Positions 31,482-43,100 of a stretch of 64,000 nt of DNA are shown here, piece after piece; position 1 is the stretch's first letter; every line of letters begins with the position of its first letter. A program made the translations under genes and the position numbers. The stretch spans positions 142,125-206,124 of the forward strand of contig CAWJQA010000009.1 of NCBI GenBank assembly GCA_963844885.1, written 5' to 3'. The notes below the pieces were generated by a model, which did no database searches, was not told the origin of the DNA, and saw nothing but the letters and a program-made list of their open reading frames with translations. Source of the DNA: an uncultured Holophagales bacterium. GTDB taxonomy: Bacteria; Acidobacteriota; Thermoanaerobaculia; Multivoradales; UBA5704.

Positions 31482-33690
31482 CCCTGCACGTAATCCACGC
31501 CGATCTCGCGCAGGATGTCGAGCGTCTGGCGGTTTTCCACCGACTCGGCGATCGTGCGGATGCCCATGACCTGGCCGATCTGGTGGATCGACTCGACCAG
31601 CGCCCTCTGCACCGGGCTGCCCACCATGTCGCGCACGAAGGTGCCGTCGATCTTCAGGAAATCGACCGACAGGTTCTTCAGGTAGGCGAAGGACGACAGG
31701 CCGCTGCCGAAGTCGTCGAGGACGAAGCGGCAGCCGAACTTCTTGAGGATGTCGATGAACCGCATGGCCTGCGTCAGGTTGCCCACCGCCGCGGTCTCGG
31801 TGATCTCGAAGCAGATCCGGGTCGGCTCGACGCCGGTCAGCTCCATCTCCTCCAGGACGTATTCGAGGAAATACTCGTCGCCGATCGACTGGCCCGAGAG
31901 ATTGATCGCGAAGCAGGTCTCGTCGCCGTGGGAGAGGGTGCGGCAGGCCAGCGAGACGAAGGCGGCGTGGATGACCCAGCGGTCGATGCTGGCGATGAGG
32001 TGGTAGCGCTCGGCGGCCGGGATGAAGGCGCCGGGCGAGGCGATGCGCCCTTCCTCGTCGATCATGCGGATGAAGATCTCGCAGAGAGGCGGCTCATGGC
32101 CGTTCGGCCGCAGCGGCTCGATGCTCTGCCGGTAGAGGAAGAAGCGGTGCTCGGCGAAGGCCTTGTGGATGCGGTGGATCCACTGCATCTCGCCGTAGCG
32201 CTCGGCGAGGGCGCTGTCGTCCGGCTGGTACTCGTGCATCCGGTTGCGGCCGGTCTCCTTGGCGACGTAGCAGGCGGCGTCCGCGGCCGAGAGCACCTGG
32301 GCCATGTCGAGGCTCTCGCCGGTGATGGGGACGAGGCCGATGCTGACGCCGATCTCGAAGATCCGCTCCTGCCAGCCGAACCGGAAGCTCCGGACCTCGG
32401 TGCGCAGGGCGTCTCCCACCTTGCGGGCGCCGTCGAGCTCGGTGTCCTCCAGGATCACGCCGAACTCGTCGCCGCCGAGGCGGGCCAGGGTGTCGGTCTT
32501 GCGTAGCCGGGTCTTGAGCAGGGCGGTCACCTGCTTGAGCATCTCGTCGCCGGCCAGATGGCCGCAGGTGTCGTTGACCACCTTGAACTCGTCGAGGTCG
32601 AGGTAGAACAGGGCGTGCAGGCGCCCGTCCTCGCGGGCGGTGTTCAGGCAGTGCTGGAGGCGCTTCTCGAACTCGCGGCGGTTGATGAGGCCGGTGAGAG
32701 GGTCGTGCCGGGCGAGGAACATCATCTCCCGTTCCATGCCGCGGATCTGGGTGACGTCCTTGAAGACGAGCACGCAGCCGGCGACGCGCCCGAGGCGGTC
32801 GCGGATCGGACCCGCCGAATCGCGGACGGCGAAGTCGCGGCCGTCGCGCCGGGTGAGCAGGGAGTAGCCGGGCAGCTCGATCACGTCCTCTTCCTGGAGG
32901 CAGCGCTCGACCGGGTTGGCGAGCGGCTTGCCCGTGGCCTCGTCCATGACGATGAAAATCTTTCCCACCGGCAGGCCGCACGCCTCGGCCGAGGTCCAGC
33001 CGGTCAGGCGCTCGGCCACCGGGTTCAGGTAGTCGACGATGCCGGCGGCGTCGGTGCGGATGACACCGTCGCCGATCGAGGCGAGGGTGATCTGCGCGAG
33101 CTCTTTCTCCTGGGCGAGGGCCTCGACCATGGTGCGCAGCCGCTCTTCGCCGTCGCGGGCGACCTGCCGGGCCTGCTCCAGCCGGGTGTTGGTCTCGATC
33201 AGGCTCTGCTCGGCCAGCTTGCGCTCGGTGATGTCCACCGCCGAGGCCAGCGCCAGGCCTTCCGGCATGCCGGCTTCGGGAGGGAGAAGAGTGGAAGTGG
33301 CGTCGACCCAGCGCTCCCGGCCGTCCTTGGTCACGATCTTGAATTCGTAGCGCGAGGGCACGGGCTCTCCCCGGAAGCGCGCCCGGACGCGCTCGCGGAT
33401 CAGCGACTGGAAATCCGGATGCACCATGTGCCAGGCGGGAAGGCCCACCACCTCCCCGGCGGTGTATCCGGTCAGCCTCTCGATCGCCGGGTTGACGTAG
33501 AGCACCTCATCCTCCCGGTAGACGAGGATGGCCGTGGCCGTGGACTCGGCGAGAGTTCGAAACCACCGGTCCGTCTGGATCGCCGGACCGTGGGCGGGAG
33601 TGGCGAAGGGTTGACTCATGCGCCTCAAGTGACCACAGGTTAACGTCGCCGGAAAACTCATGCAAGAGACAAGCCCGCGCTTGATCCCGA

Positions 33691-33735
33691 TCCCCCTCTC
33701 CCCGGCCCTCTCCCCCGTGCCGGGGGAGAGGGAGC
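33691..33735. repeat. REP-like palindromic element (11-bp stem CCCTCTCCCCC / GGGGGAGAGGG, 5-nt loop)
   Basis: The hairpin is at 33706-33732. The roughly 45-nt block is near-identical to 56698-56742. Confidence 0.8.
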
Positions 33736-33741
33736 AGGAAA

Positions 33742-35280
33742 TCAACCCCGGACGGCGGGGGCGAGGAGGAGGGCGAGGGCGGGATCGGCGAGGCGATTGT
33801 TCTCCGCCAGGGCCATCAGCTCCTTGAGGCCGCCCCGGAAGTGCCAGGAGCGGAAGCCGCCCTGCCGCATGACCTCGGCCAGGTGGGCGCTCTTGAGCCC
33901 GACCTCGCAGATCAGGACGTACTCCCGGTCGCGGCTGAACGAGGGCCAGGTTTCGAGCGCGTGCCGGAAGTCGAGGTGGATTGCTCCCGGGTAGTGCCAG
34001 GCCTGGAACGCCGACCGCGACCGCAGGTCGAGGACGGTGGCGCCCTCGGGGATGCCGTCGGTCTCGAAGCCCCCCCCTCCGATACCGCCGAGCGCCGCCT
34101 CGTCCAGGTTGCGCAGGTCGTAGACGGTCCGGGCCTCGACGAGCTCCTCCAGCCGGCCGCGGGTCATGGTGGCCTCGTCGCGCTGGACTTCGGAGAGGGA
34201 TGCCTTCGTGGAGGGCCGCTTCGGGACGAGGTCGCAGTACTCGCCGACCGCCGCGGACAGGTCGTAGATGCCCATCTTCCGGGCCACGGCGAGGATCTCG
34301 TCCTTGTTGAAGCCGATGAGCGGGCGCAGCACGGGCATGGACGGCGAGACGGCCTGGGAGATGACCGCCAGGTTCTGGAGGGTCTGGGAGGAGACCTGGC
34401 CCATGGCCTCGCCGGTGATCAGGCCCAGGTTGCGCGTCTTGCGGGCGACGCTCTCCCCGGCCTTGAGCATCAGGCGTTTGAGGACGATCTGCCAGTTGCG
34501 GGGCCGGTTCCTCTCCTGAAGCTCCGGGATGAGCGGCTGGAGGTCCACCTCGAACAGGCGCGGCTTGTAGCCGTAGCTCCAGAGGTCGGCCACCACTTTC
34601 ATGACCTTGAGCACGCCGAGCCGGTGCGCGGCGCCGCCCAGGTTGCAGAAGAGATAGTCGAGCTGGACCCCCCGCTTGAGCATCAGCCAGCTCGCCACGG
34701 CCGAGTCGAAGCCGCCGGAGACCAGGGCCAGGCCGCGCCCTTCCACGCCCACGGGCAGGCCGCCGAAGCCGCGCGTCTTGTCGTGGAAGTAGTGGCCCGA
34801 TCCGGGCTCCAGCTCGACGTAGGCGGTCACCTCCGGCTCGCGCAGGTTCACCTTGGAGCCGGGCGCGTTCTGGAGGAGGGCGGCGCCGAGCGCGCGCTCC
34901 AACGCCATGGAGTCGAAGGGGATCTCCTCGCGTCCGCCGCGGCGGCTGGCCCGCGCCGCGAAGGTCCGGCCGCGGACCCCTTCGGCGAAGATCTCGACGC
35001 CCGTCCGGGTGATGTCCTCCAGATCCGTCCACGGGCGGCGCTCCACCAGGGAGACGGACTGGATGCCGAAGACGCGCGGCAGGACGTCCAGGGCCACCAG
35101 GGGCACCGGAGTTTCCAGGTAGAACCGGCTCCACGTCGTTTCGAGGCGGTGCGGAATGCCGTGCGAGGTCAGGGCGTTGCGCACGTTGTGGGCCAGGCGG
35201 CGCTGGAAGCGGATACGGGTGTTTCGCGCCTTCGTGTAGAAGTCGCCGGCCAGGCGGAGGATGAGGAGAGGATCGGACAT
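33742..35280 (-). CDS. thiI: tRNA 4-thiouridine synthase ThiI with a C-terminal rhodanese domain
   Basis: THUMP-like N-terminus, PP-loop LVSGGFDS, and a rhodanese-like C-terminus with ..ICEVGLKS... Confidence 0.9.
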   Translation of the reverse strand: MSDPLLILRLAGDFYTKARNTRIRFQRRLAHNVRNALTSHGIPHRLETTWSRFYLETPVPLVALDVLPRVFGIQSVSLVERRPWTDLEDITRTGVEIFAEGVRGRTFAARASRRGGREEIPFDSMALERALGAALLQNAPGSKVNLREPEVTAYVELEPGSGHYFHDKTRGFGGLPVGVEGRGLALVSGGFDSAVASWLMLKRGVQLDYLFCNLGGAAHRLGVLKVMKVVADLWSYGYKPRLFEVDLQPLIPELQERNRPRNWQIVLKRLMLKAGESVARKTRNLGLITGEAMGQVSSQTLQNLAVISQAVSPSMPVLRPLIGFNKDEILAVARKMGIYDLSAAVGEYCDLVPKRPSTKASLSEVQRDEATMTRGRLEELVEARTVYDLRNLDEAALGGIGGGGFETDGIPEGATVLDLRSRSAFQAWHYPGAIHLDFRHALETWPSFSRDREYVLICEVGLKSAHLAEVMRQGGFRSWHFRGGLKELMALAENNRLADPALALLLAPAVRG

Positions 35281-35319
35281 GGCGCACCTGGAGCCCGGGA
35301 AGGGACGGCCAGTCGGCTC

Positions 35320-35547
35320 CTAGCGCTGGCTTGCGTGCAGGATCGTCAGGCCGACGAGATCGTCTCCTTCATAGCGGAGGATGACGTCCTCGTCCGTCAA
35401 TTCGCTGTCCGTGGCGTAACTCGGCTTCTTGAAATTGACGTAGACCACGTCGGCTTCCCGGTCGTAAGACACCCAAAGATAGTCGTCGGGAGTCTGTTGG
35501 ACCGCCGGGACGAGCTTCAGGAACTCTCGGATGTCGGCTACGGCCAT
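35320..35547 (-). CDS. DUF2283-like small protein
   Basis: 75 aa. ..VSYDREADVVYVNF.. and ..DLVGLTILHAS are typical of DUF2283. ATG follows GGAGGA. Confidence 0.65.
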   Translation of the reverse strand: MAVADIREFLKLVPAVQQTPDDYLWVSYDREADVVYVNFKKPSYATDSELTDEDVILRYEGDDLVGLTILHASQR

Positions 35548-35655
35548 AGTTGTGTCCTCCGATCGAGAGAGCGGACGCGGCGGGTCAGGAAGGCCGTTTC
35601 TGGACGTGACACTTCCGATCACCCGCGCATTGTAGCGGAGTAGTCTCTCCGTGAG

Positions 35656-38544
35656 CTACGGCCGCCAGACCGTGACCGCCCACCAGCGGAAGGCGTCTTC
35701 CAGGGGCGAGCCGGGAGTCGGATCGTCCAGCACCCGGGCGACTCCGAGGCGGACGTCCAGGGCCGGAACCCGGCCGAGGGGGATGGGATCGGTGGACCAG
35801 CGCCACTCCAGTCCGGCCAGCGTCAGCCACTCCCCCCGCGGGGAGCCGCCGGACCGGACGCGGTGGCGCTCGAAGAAGGCCGGCGCCGGCAGGAAGCCGA
35901 GGTCCAGCTCCGCCCGCTGCGTCTCGAAGCCGGTCCCGAGAAGTGTCCCCACCGGGAGGGCCGGCGAGACGATCCGGCCCGAGAGGAGCGGCTCCGGGAG
36001 GAGGCTGCTGTCCGCGCCGCCGAGTTGGAACCGGTCGAAGGGGTGGAGGACGTCCGACGAGATGCCGCGCCGCCAGTCCAGGACGAGACGGGTGTCGCCC
36101 TGGCCGATTCCGAGCCGCGCCCGGCCGCTGGAGCGCGACCAGGCGTCGCCGTCCGTCCAGCCGGCCTCGTGGCGGGCGGCGAGCCCGGCGCTCAGGCGCC
36201 ACGGGCCATACCGGCGGAAGAGAGAGAACCCGGCGGAGAGCGCGGCGATCCGCTGGTCGAGCGCCGGTCCGGCCTCCGGCTCCACCTGCCCGAACAGAGT
36301 CCGGCCGTCGATCTGAACCGAGCCGCCGCTCCAGGCGTGGTTCCAGCGCGCGGACACCACGGCGCCGCGGCGGTCCACGTCGAGCGCGGCCTGCTCGGAC
36401 GGGCGCTCTCCGGCCTGGAAGAGATGGAGCCCGATCTCGATCGGCCAGCCGCGCCACGCGGCGGAGACCGCTCCGCCCTCCACCCCGCCGCCGCCGGAGA
36501 GCGAGCCCAGGACGAGCCAGTCGAGCCGGCCGACCACGTCGCCGCCCCGCACTCCCACCTCGGCCGCGCCGCCGGAGGAGGAGCCGGAGCCGCCGATCAA
36601 CGGCAGAAGCTCCTGCTTCCCCAGGCCGTACGGCCGGGACGCGCCCGGCTCGGTTATCGCGAACGGCACGAACGACGCGGGCCTCTCCGGCTCAGAAGGC
36701 CGGACGACCGGCGCCAGGCCGGACGGAAGATCCGGGAGCGCGGCAACGGCCTCCTGGGGGAGATCGAGCCGCCGGAGGTCGAGGCCGTCCGGTTCGAGCG
36801 CGAGATAGAAGAGGCCGTCCGGGGCAGGGGCGGGAGAGAACGCGGCGCCGCCGGTGCGGGTAACCGCGAACGGCTCGCCGTCGAGAGGAAACGCCCAGAC
36901 GTCGATGAACCCGTGGTCACCGGCCACGGCATAGACGGTACGGCCGTCCGGGCTCCAGGAGGGAGCCGCAACGGTCCCGTCCTGTGGCGGCGCGAGCGTC
37001 CGCTCCTCACCCGACGCCAGCTCCCGGATCACCAGCCGCCAGACGCCTTCCCGGTGGCGGGCGAAGGCGATGCGGCTGCCGTCGGGAGAGATCCGCGGCC
37101 GGTCGTAGACCTCCTCAATCGACGGCGGGGACGGCGGCGTGATCTCCGTCACCACGCCCGTCCCGAGGTCGGCCCGGACGAGCTGCGAGGCGCCGTTTCG
37201 TTGGCGGACGGCCACCGCCCAGGCGCCGTCCGGGGCCGGGTCGGGATCGCGCAGATCGGCCTGCCGGGTGATCCGCCGGACCGCGCCGGACTCGAGGTGT
37301 CCAGAAGAACAGATCGGGATGCAGGAAGCCTTCGCGGTCGGGCTCGAAGCGGACGAAGAGGATCGACCGCCCGTCCGGCATCCAGCGCGGCATGGTCGGC
37401 TCGACGCCGTCCGAGGCGCCGAGCTATGAAGCGGCTTCCGGGGAAACGGCTTCGTGCGCTCGGCGGGGACGTCCTCGGGGTCGCGCTCCAGCAGCTTGCG
37501 GCGCTGCTCCTCCCAGTCCTTCTCTGCTTTTTCGTCGGGCTCGGTCGACCAGACCACGAGGCGGCCGGGTTGATCGCGGGAGCCGAGGACGATCGCGAGG
37601 CGTCTTGCCGTCCGGGGAGACGGCCGGATCGCCGGTGGACCAGGAGAGATCCTGCCAGAGCTCCCCTTCCCGCGAGTGGAGCGGCGAGGCGGCGCTCGGC
37701 CTCCAGAGAGCGCCAGGCCATCTCGGCGCAGAAGCGCCCGTAGAGGTTGGCGGGAGAGTCGCCGAAGACCCCCTGGAAGGCGTCGTCGAAGTCGCGGACG
37801 CGGCGCGCGGCCATAGCGCGCCCAGAGCTTGCGCAGACTGCCCGGGCCGGCGCGCTCCACCAGCCATTCGAGGTAGGCCGAGCCCACCAGGTAGGCCATG
37901 CTCATGCCCTCCCAACTCTGGGAGTCCGAGGCGAGCCGGCCGTAGCCCGGCAGCTTGCCGGCCTCGGCCCAGCGCCGCAGGATCGCGGCGCGCAGGTCGC
38001 TGTTGGGGCGCCCCGAGCCGGTGAGCCGGCCCTCGACGACCGTCGCGTAACCTTCCACGACCCACCGCGGAGCGCCGAGCGGGATCGGGCCGACGGGCGC
38101 GATGCGGGAGAGGAGCTGCCGCCAGGGGTTCCGCGACGGCCGGAGCAGATGGACGAGATGGGTCTCCTCATGGACGAGAAGCAATTCGGACCACTCCGTA
38201 TAGTGGCCGATGACCGATTCCGGGCCCGGCGGGCTGGTCCACACCACGAGCCGTGGCCAGCCCAGGATGGGCAGGGCCATGCCGTTGGCATCGCGACCGG
38301 ATCGGAGACGAGCACGTCCACCGTCTCCGGCGGCGTCGTATCCGACCTCCGCCGCGACCCGCTCGCGGATCGACTCCAAACGCTCCGCCGCCCGCCGCGC
38401 CCAGGCCTCGGAAGCGGCGGGATGGTGGACGCGGAAGTGGGCCGTCTCCAGCGTCCGCCAGTCGGCGGACGGACCCTGGGCGGCGGCGGGCAGGGCCAGG
38501 AGGAGGGCGAGGGCCGCCCCTGACCTCAAAATCTCAGCGCGCAA
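35656..38544 (-). pseudogene. Secreted peptidase-like / TolB-type beta-propeller / barrel protein; at least 7 frame disruptions as sequenced
   Basis: Signal peptide, an HEETH zinc-peptidase-like motif, repeated ..SPDG.. propeller blades and a Gly-rich C-terminal barrel-like part. Sense sequence hops between frames near 38330, 38288, 37815, 37675, 37600, 37422 and 37300. Confidence 0.65.
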
Positions 38545-38728
38545 GCCAAAATCTCACGGAATGGCTCAAAATCTCAGACCCCGGGCTCATCCCCTGAGAT
38601 TTTGCCTCAAAATCTCAGACCCCGGGCCCTTCCCCTGAGATTTTGGCTCAAAATCTCAGACCCCGGGCTCTTCCCCTGAGATTTCGGCTCAAAATCTCAG
38701 ACCCCGGGCTCTTCCCCTGAGATTTTGG
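38525..38728. repeat. Tandem array of 41-bp hairpin units (4 full copies plus 2 partial)
   Basis: The unit is CTCAAAATCTCAG-ACCCCGGGCTCTTCCC-CTGAGATTTTGG. Full copies start at 38565, 38606, 38647 and 38688. Partial copies at 38525 and 38546 overlap the first codons of the 35656-38544 gene. Confidence 0.93.
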
Positions 38729-38752
38729 CTTGCGGGCGGTCCGGAGACCGGC

Positions 38753-38974
38753 TCAGGAGGCCTTCGGCGGCAGATCGCGGGCCTGCGGGTCGTCCTCGAA
38801 CCCGTGATGCTTGTGACTGCCGTCACAGAAAGGCTTGTTCGCCGACATCCCGCAGCGGCACAGGGAGACCACCGTCCGGCCTCCCAGCCCGTAGGCGTTG
38901 CCGGCCGGGTCCTGGAGCTGGATGCCGTCCCCCTCCACGCGCAGGGGTCCGTTCTTCATCACGGTCACCTTCAT
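38753..38974 (-). CDS. CDGSH iron-sulfur domain protein
   Basis: CRCGMSANKPFCDGSH motif. 73 aa from ATG 38974, after GGAGGAGG. Confidence 0.85.
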   Translation of the reverse strand: MKVTVMKNGPLRVEGDGIQLQDPAGNAYGLGGRTVVSLCRCGMSANKPFCDGSHKHHGFEDDPQARDLPPKAS

Positions 38975-39108
38975 GACGTCCTCCTCCCAATCCTGGAGCC
39001 AGAGCATCCGGCTCCCGTCCAAGAGTTTCTCAGGATGCTCCGGCCGTCAACCCCGGCCCGATCGTCTGCCCATGCGCTCCTCCTTGGTGCGCTATCCTAA
39101 GCGGCCTC

Positions 39109-40164
39109 ATGCAACCCGGCGAGCCTTCCGAAGCCTCCTTCCTCAGGACGTGGGGTATCCGCCTGCTCAAGGCGGGTCTCACGGTGCTGGCGCTGTGGCT
39201 GACCTGGCGGCTGCTCCAGGACATCGAGTGGTCGCTCCTGGAGGAGCGGCTGGAGGAAGCGAACTGGTACTTCCTCATCCCGGGATTGCTGTTCATGACC
39301 GGGCGCTACGTGCTGTGGGAAGCCCGGCTGCGGCGGGCGTCTTTTCTGGCGGTCCAGCGCGTCCCGCGGGGCGGGCTGGTGTTCTGGGTGCTGCTGGCTT
39401 CGGCGGCGCTCAACCTGATCACGCCGTCGGCGCGGTTGATCGGCGGGCTGGTGCGGGCGCGCTACTTCGCCCGCAACCTGGCTCTGCCGTTCGGCCAGGT
39501 CTACGGGGTGGTGCTCTACGACCAGGTGGCGCACCACGTGGTGATGAGCACCTGTACCTGGATCGCGGTGATCGTGGCGGCGCCGCTCTTCGGCCAGGCC
39601 TGGTTCGGGGTGCTGGCCGCGGTGGCGCTGGTCGCGGTGATCGCCGGCCTGCTGCTCTGGAGCCGGCGGAGCCGGACGTTCGAGGAGAACCCGCTGGTGC
39701 TCTTCCTGGCGCGGCGGGCCGCGAAGGCGGAGGGCCGGACGCAGCGCCTCTACGCCCACGGCCACGAGGCGGTCGGAGTCTTCGTCCGTCTGCTCGGCTA
39801 CAGGCGGCTCCACGGCCAGGCCGCCCTGCTGGGAGCGGGCTTCTTCGCCACGAACATCCTCGCCCAGTGGTGCGTCTTCCGTTCCCTGGGGATGGACGTG
39901 AACCCCGTGGTGATCCTGGCCGGAGTCGCCCTGGGCAACGCGGCGGGGATGCTGACGGGGACCCCCGGCGGCGTGGGCACCACCGAGGCGGCCATGGTCG
40001 CCTCCTTCGCCGCCATGGGGATGGACCGCGTGGACGCGGCGGCGGGAACGCTTCTGTACCGGGGCCTCCACTACCTGAGCATCCTCGGTCTGGGCCTGCC
40101 GGCGCTCCTGGCGCTGGAGCTGCGGAGCGGGGCCGAGCCGGCGGACGCGGCACCGCCGGCTTGA
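39109..40164 (+). CDS. Flippase-like / lysylphosphatidylglycerol-synthase TM-region family membrane protein (UPF0104)
   Basis: A 351-aa polytopic membrane protein. N-terminus ..LKAGLTVLALWLTWRLL.. and overall pattern fit UPF0104. Confidence 0.6.
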   Translation: MQPGEPSEASFLRTWGIRLLKAGLTVLALWLTWRLLQDIEWSLLEERLEEANWYFLIPGLLFMTGRYVLWEARLRRASFLAVQRVPRGGLVFWVLLASAALNLITPSARLIGGLVRARYFARNLALPFGQVYGVVLYDQVAHHVVMSTCTWIAVIVAAPLFGQAWFGVLAAVALVAVIAGLLLWSRRSRTFEENPLVLFLARRAAKAEGRTQRLYAHGHEAVGVFVRLLGYRRLHGQAALLGAGFFATNILAQWCVFRSLGMDVNPVVILAGVALGNAAGMLTGTPGGVGTTEAAMVASFAAMGMDRVDAAAGTLLYRGLHYLSILGLGLPALLALELRSGAEPADAAPPA

Positions 40165-40180
40165 CGGCGAGTTTCGTCCG

Positions 40181-43100
40181 CTACTGGAAGTACCCGCTCA
40201 CGTCCACGATCAGGTGGACCGTTCCCACCGAGTTGTTCTTCACCGCGATCCCGCCGCTGGCATCCGTGGCGAGCTGGATGATGGCGTTGTTCGCCAGGGT
40301 CGCGCCCGCCGCGAAGTTGATCGTGCTGGACAACGGTGCGGCCTGGTTCGCCGGGTACAGGTTCAGATTGCCCACGGTGGCCGGCGAGATGACGATGATG
40401 GTGAGCGCCAACGCCTTCGCGGTGGACGGTATGCCGCAGGTGCCGCCGGTCATCACGAAGGTACGGGTCGACGACCCCGCCAGGATCGGTCCGCCGAGCG
40501 GCCCGTCCGCGTTACGCGTATCCACCAGGCGGCAGGGCGAGACGGTGTAGAAGTCCAGTCCGGCGTCGACCGTCCCCGAGGTACAGGTTCCAGCCGTTCC
40601 CACGTTGCCGAGCGTCACGGAATCGACGTACCAGCCCCAGTCGGTCTGAGCGATAGATTCGTCATCCCCTTCGTGCCAGCGCAGGCGGGCACCGGCCGCG
40701 CCGGTGAACGAGCCGAGGTTGGCCGTGACCTGCGTCATGGCCCCGATGGTGCCGTTGCACCAGGCGTGCTTGCCGCCGAGCGGATTTCCGAAGCTGGCGC
40801 TCACCGTCCCGGTGAAGCCGCCGGCGGTGAAGGCGGCGTCGGGCACGACCGTCCAGTTGGCGCCTCCATCCGTGGAGATCTCCAGCGTGCCGGCGTCGAA
40901 GCACGAAGTGGTGCTCTCGAAGGCGTAGGTGTGCCAGAAGGACAGCGTCGAGCCGGCCAGCGGAACGAACTGCGGAGAGACCAGGACCCGCTCGGAGGTG
41001 GCGGGCAGGCTGTCGGAGAACCAGGAGTGGGTGGGAGTCTGCGACTGGGCCGTCGAGAGCGCCCAGTCCGAGGCGCCCGCGAGCGCCGCGTGCGTCCAGC
41101 CGGGGTTGTCGAAGCCGCCGGCACCCTCGAAGGTCTCGGTGAGGGTGGAGGTGGAGACCGGACCGGTCGGCGTGGAGCTCCGGCGGACCGTGTTGCCGTC
41201 GGCGACCGCATTCGAGGTGTCGACCGCGCGCACGACGTAATAGTAGGTGGTGCCGCTCGTCAGAGCCGCCGAGCTGTCGCCGTAGCTCGTGCCGGCCACG
41301 CCGGTGGCGATCTGGTTGGCGGGGCCGGGCGTGAAGCTGGACGAGGTCGAGCGGTACACGGTGTAGGTGACCGGCCCGGCGCAGCCGGGGGTGGCGGCCG
41401 CCCACGACAGCGCAAGCCCGCAGGTGGCGGCGGCGTTGTTCGTGACGGTCGCGAGGCCCGCGAACGACGGCGGCAGCGTGCAGGTGCCGGTCGCCGTGGC
41501 CTGGACGCAGGCCGACGCGGCGGACTCGCAGTTGCCGGTCGCGTCGAGGCCGTGTACCCGGTAGGCGTAGGTGGAGCCCCCCGAGACCGAGTTGTCGTTG
41601 TAGGGCGAGCCCGCGACGGAGCTCGCGATGCGGGCGAACGTGCCGGGCGAAGCGCACGTTCCGGGCGCGCGGTAGACGTTGAACGCCGTCGCGGCGGGAG
41701 CGCCGTTGGCCCAGGTCACCTGGATCTGGTTCGGGGCCGTGGCCGTCGCCGTGCCGATGGCGGGAGCGCCGGGTGCCGTGCAGGCGGTGTCCGTCACCTT
41801 CGCCGTCCAGATCTCCTCGAAGCTGTTGCTCCGGCGGTCGGTCCAGGAGGGGAAGAAGATGCCCGCGTAGCCGGACAGGCCGTTGTAGTCGCCGAACTGG
41901 TTGCCCGAGTCGGCGCCGGCCGTGGTCTCGTCCGTCTGCGCCGTGGTCACCTTCACCGCCGGGAACCAGGTGGCGCCGTCGTCGAACGAGGACTGGTACC
42001 AGACGTCCACCTTCTTGCGCGTGGCGTCGTTGACGGTGTCGTAATACATGATCGCCAGCGCCCCGGTCGTCTCGTCGACGGCCATCCAGGGGTTGAACTG
42101 GTCGTTGGCGGACGCCTGGTTGTTGAGCATGACCGGCGCCGACCACGTCGTGCCGCCGTTGGTGGACCGCGAGTACCAGATGCGGGTCTTGCAGGTGGAC
42201 GCCGCGTTGGAGCCGGGCTCATTGGCGGACGACGTACAGCCCGTGGCGCCGGTGAGGTCGGTCCACGCGGCATGGACGACGTCCTTGGTCGCCGTGCGGT
42301 AGGCGCCGGCGGTGACGTAGATGAGGGCCCGGCGGCCGTTGAACGACGGCACGCCGATATCGTAGCTGTCGAAGGTGGAGGCGATCTGCACGGGCGTGCC
42401 ATAGGAGACGCCGCCGTTCGTCGACTTGACGACGAAGATCTTGCGGTTCGTCGTGGTGGGCCAGAAGCCGAAGACGTCGCCGAAGGCGTTGGTCTTGACG
42501 TCGGCACCGATGGCCGTGCCGGTGGACTCGGCGCCGCTCACCTGGATCGCCGTCTGCCAGGAGCCGGCGGGGCCTGTCCGGCGGTTCATGAAGGCCGGGT
42601 TGCCGTTGTGCCAGATGACGTAGATGTTGTCCTTGTACGGCGACGCCGCGCTGTGGTCCACCCACATGATCTGCTTGTCGGCGCTGGTCTGCGCACCGGA
42701 GAACGTGGCGTCGAACGTCCAGGTGGCGCCGTTGTCCACCGACTTGTAGGCGCGCATCTTCAGGGCCGTAACGCTGGCGTTGATGCCGATCGTGGTCGAC
42801 CAGGCGGTGCCGTCCGAGGTCCAGTCGACGGTCGGGTCGGAGTGGAAGGCGTCGCCGGTCTCGAGGGCGAGGCTCGTCTGGCTCCAGGTGGCGCCGCCGT
42901 CGAGCGAGTAGAACTGCGCCTGCATGCCGCTGCCGGAGATGTTGTTGGACGCGCCGATGATCTTCATCGGGTCCCAGAAGTTGACGCGGATGTCGGACTC
43001 GCTGCGCGGCGCGGTCTGGGCGCCCGAGATCCGCCTCTCGCCGGAAACCGTCGCGGCCCGGTCCGGGTCCGGCCCGGAGTCCTTCTCCGGCACGCCCGGG

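Noticed and set aside
38525-38728. Possible mini-CRISPR or coding repeat
   Set aside because: Each 41-bp unit is one complete hairpin with no spacer. The period is not a multiple of 3.
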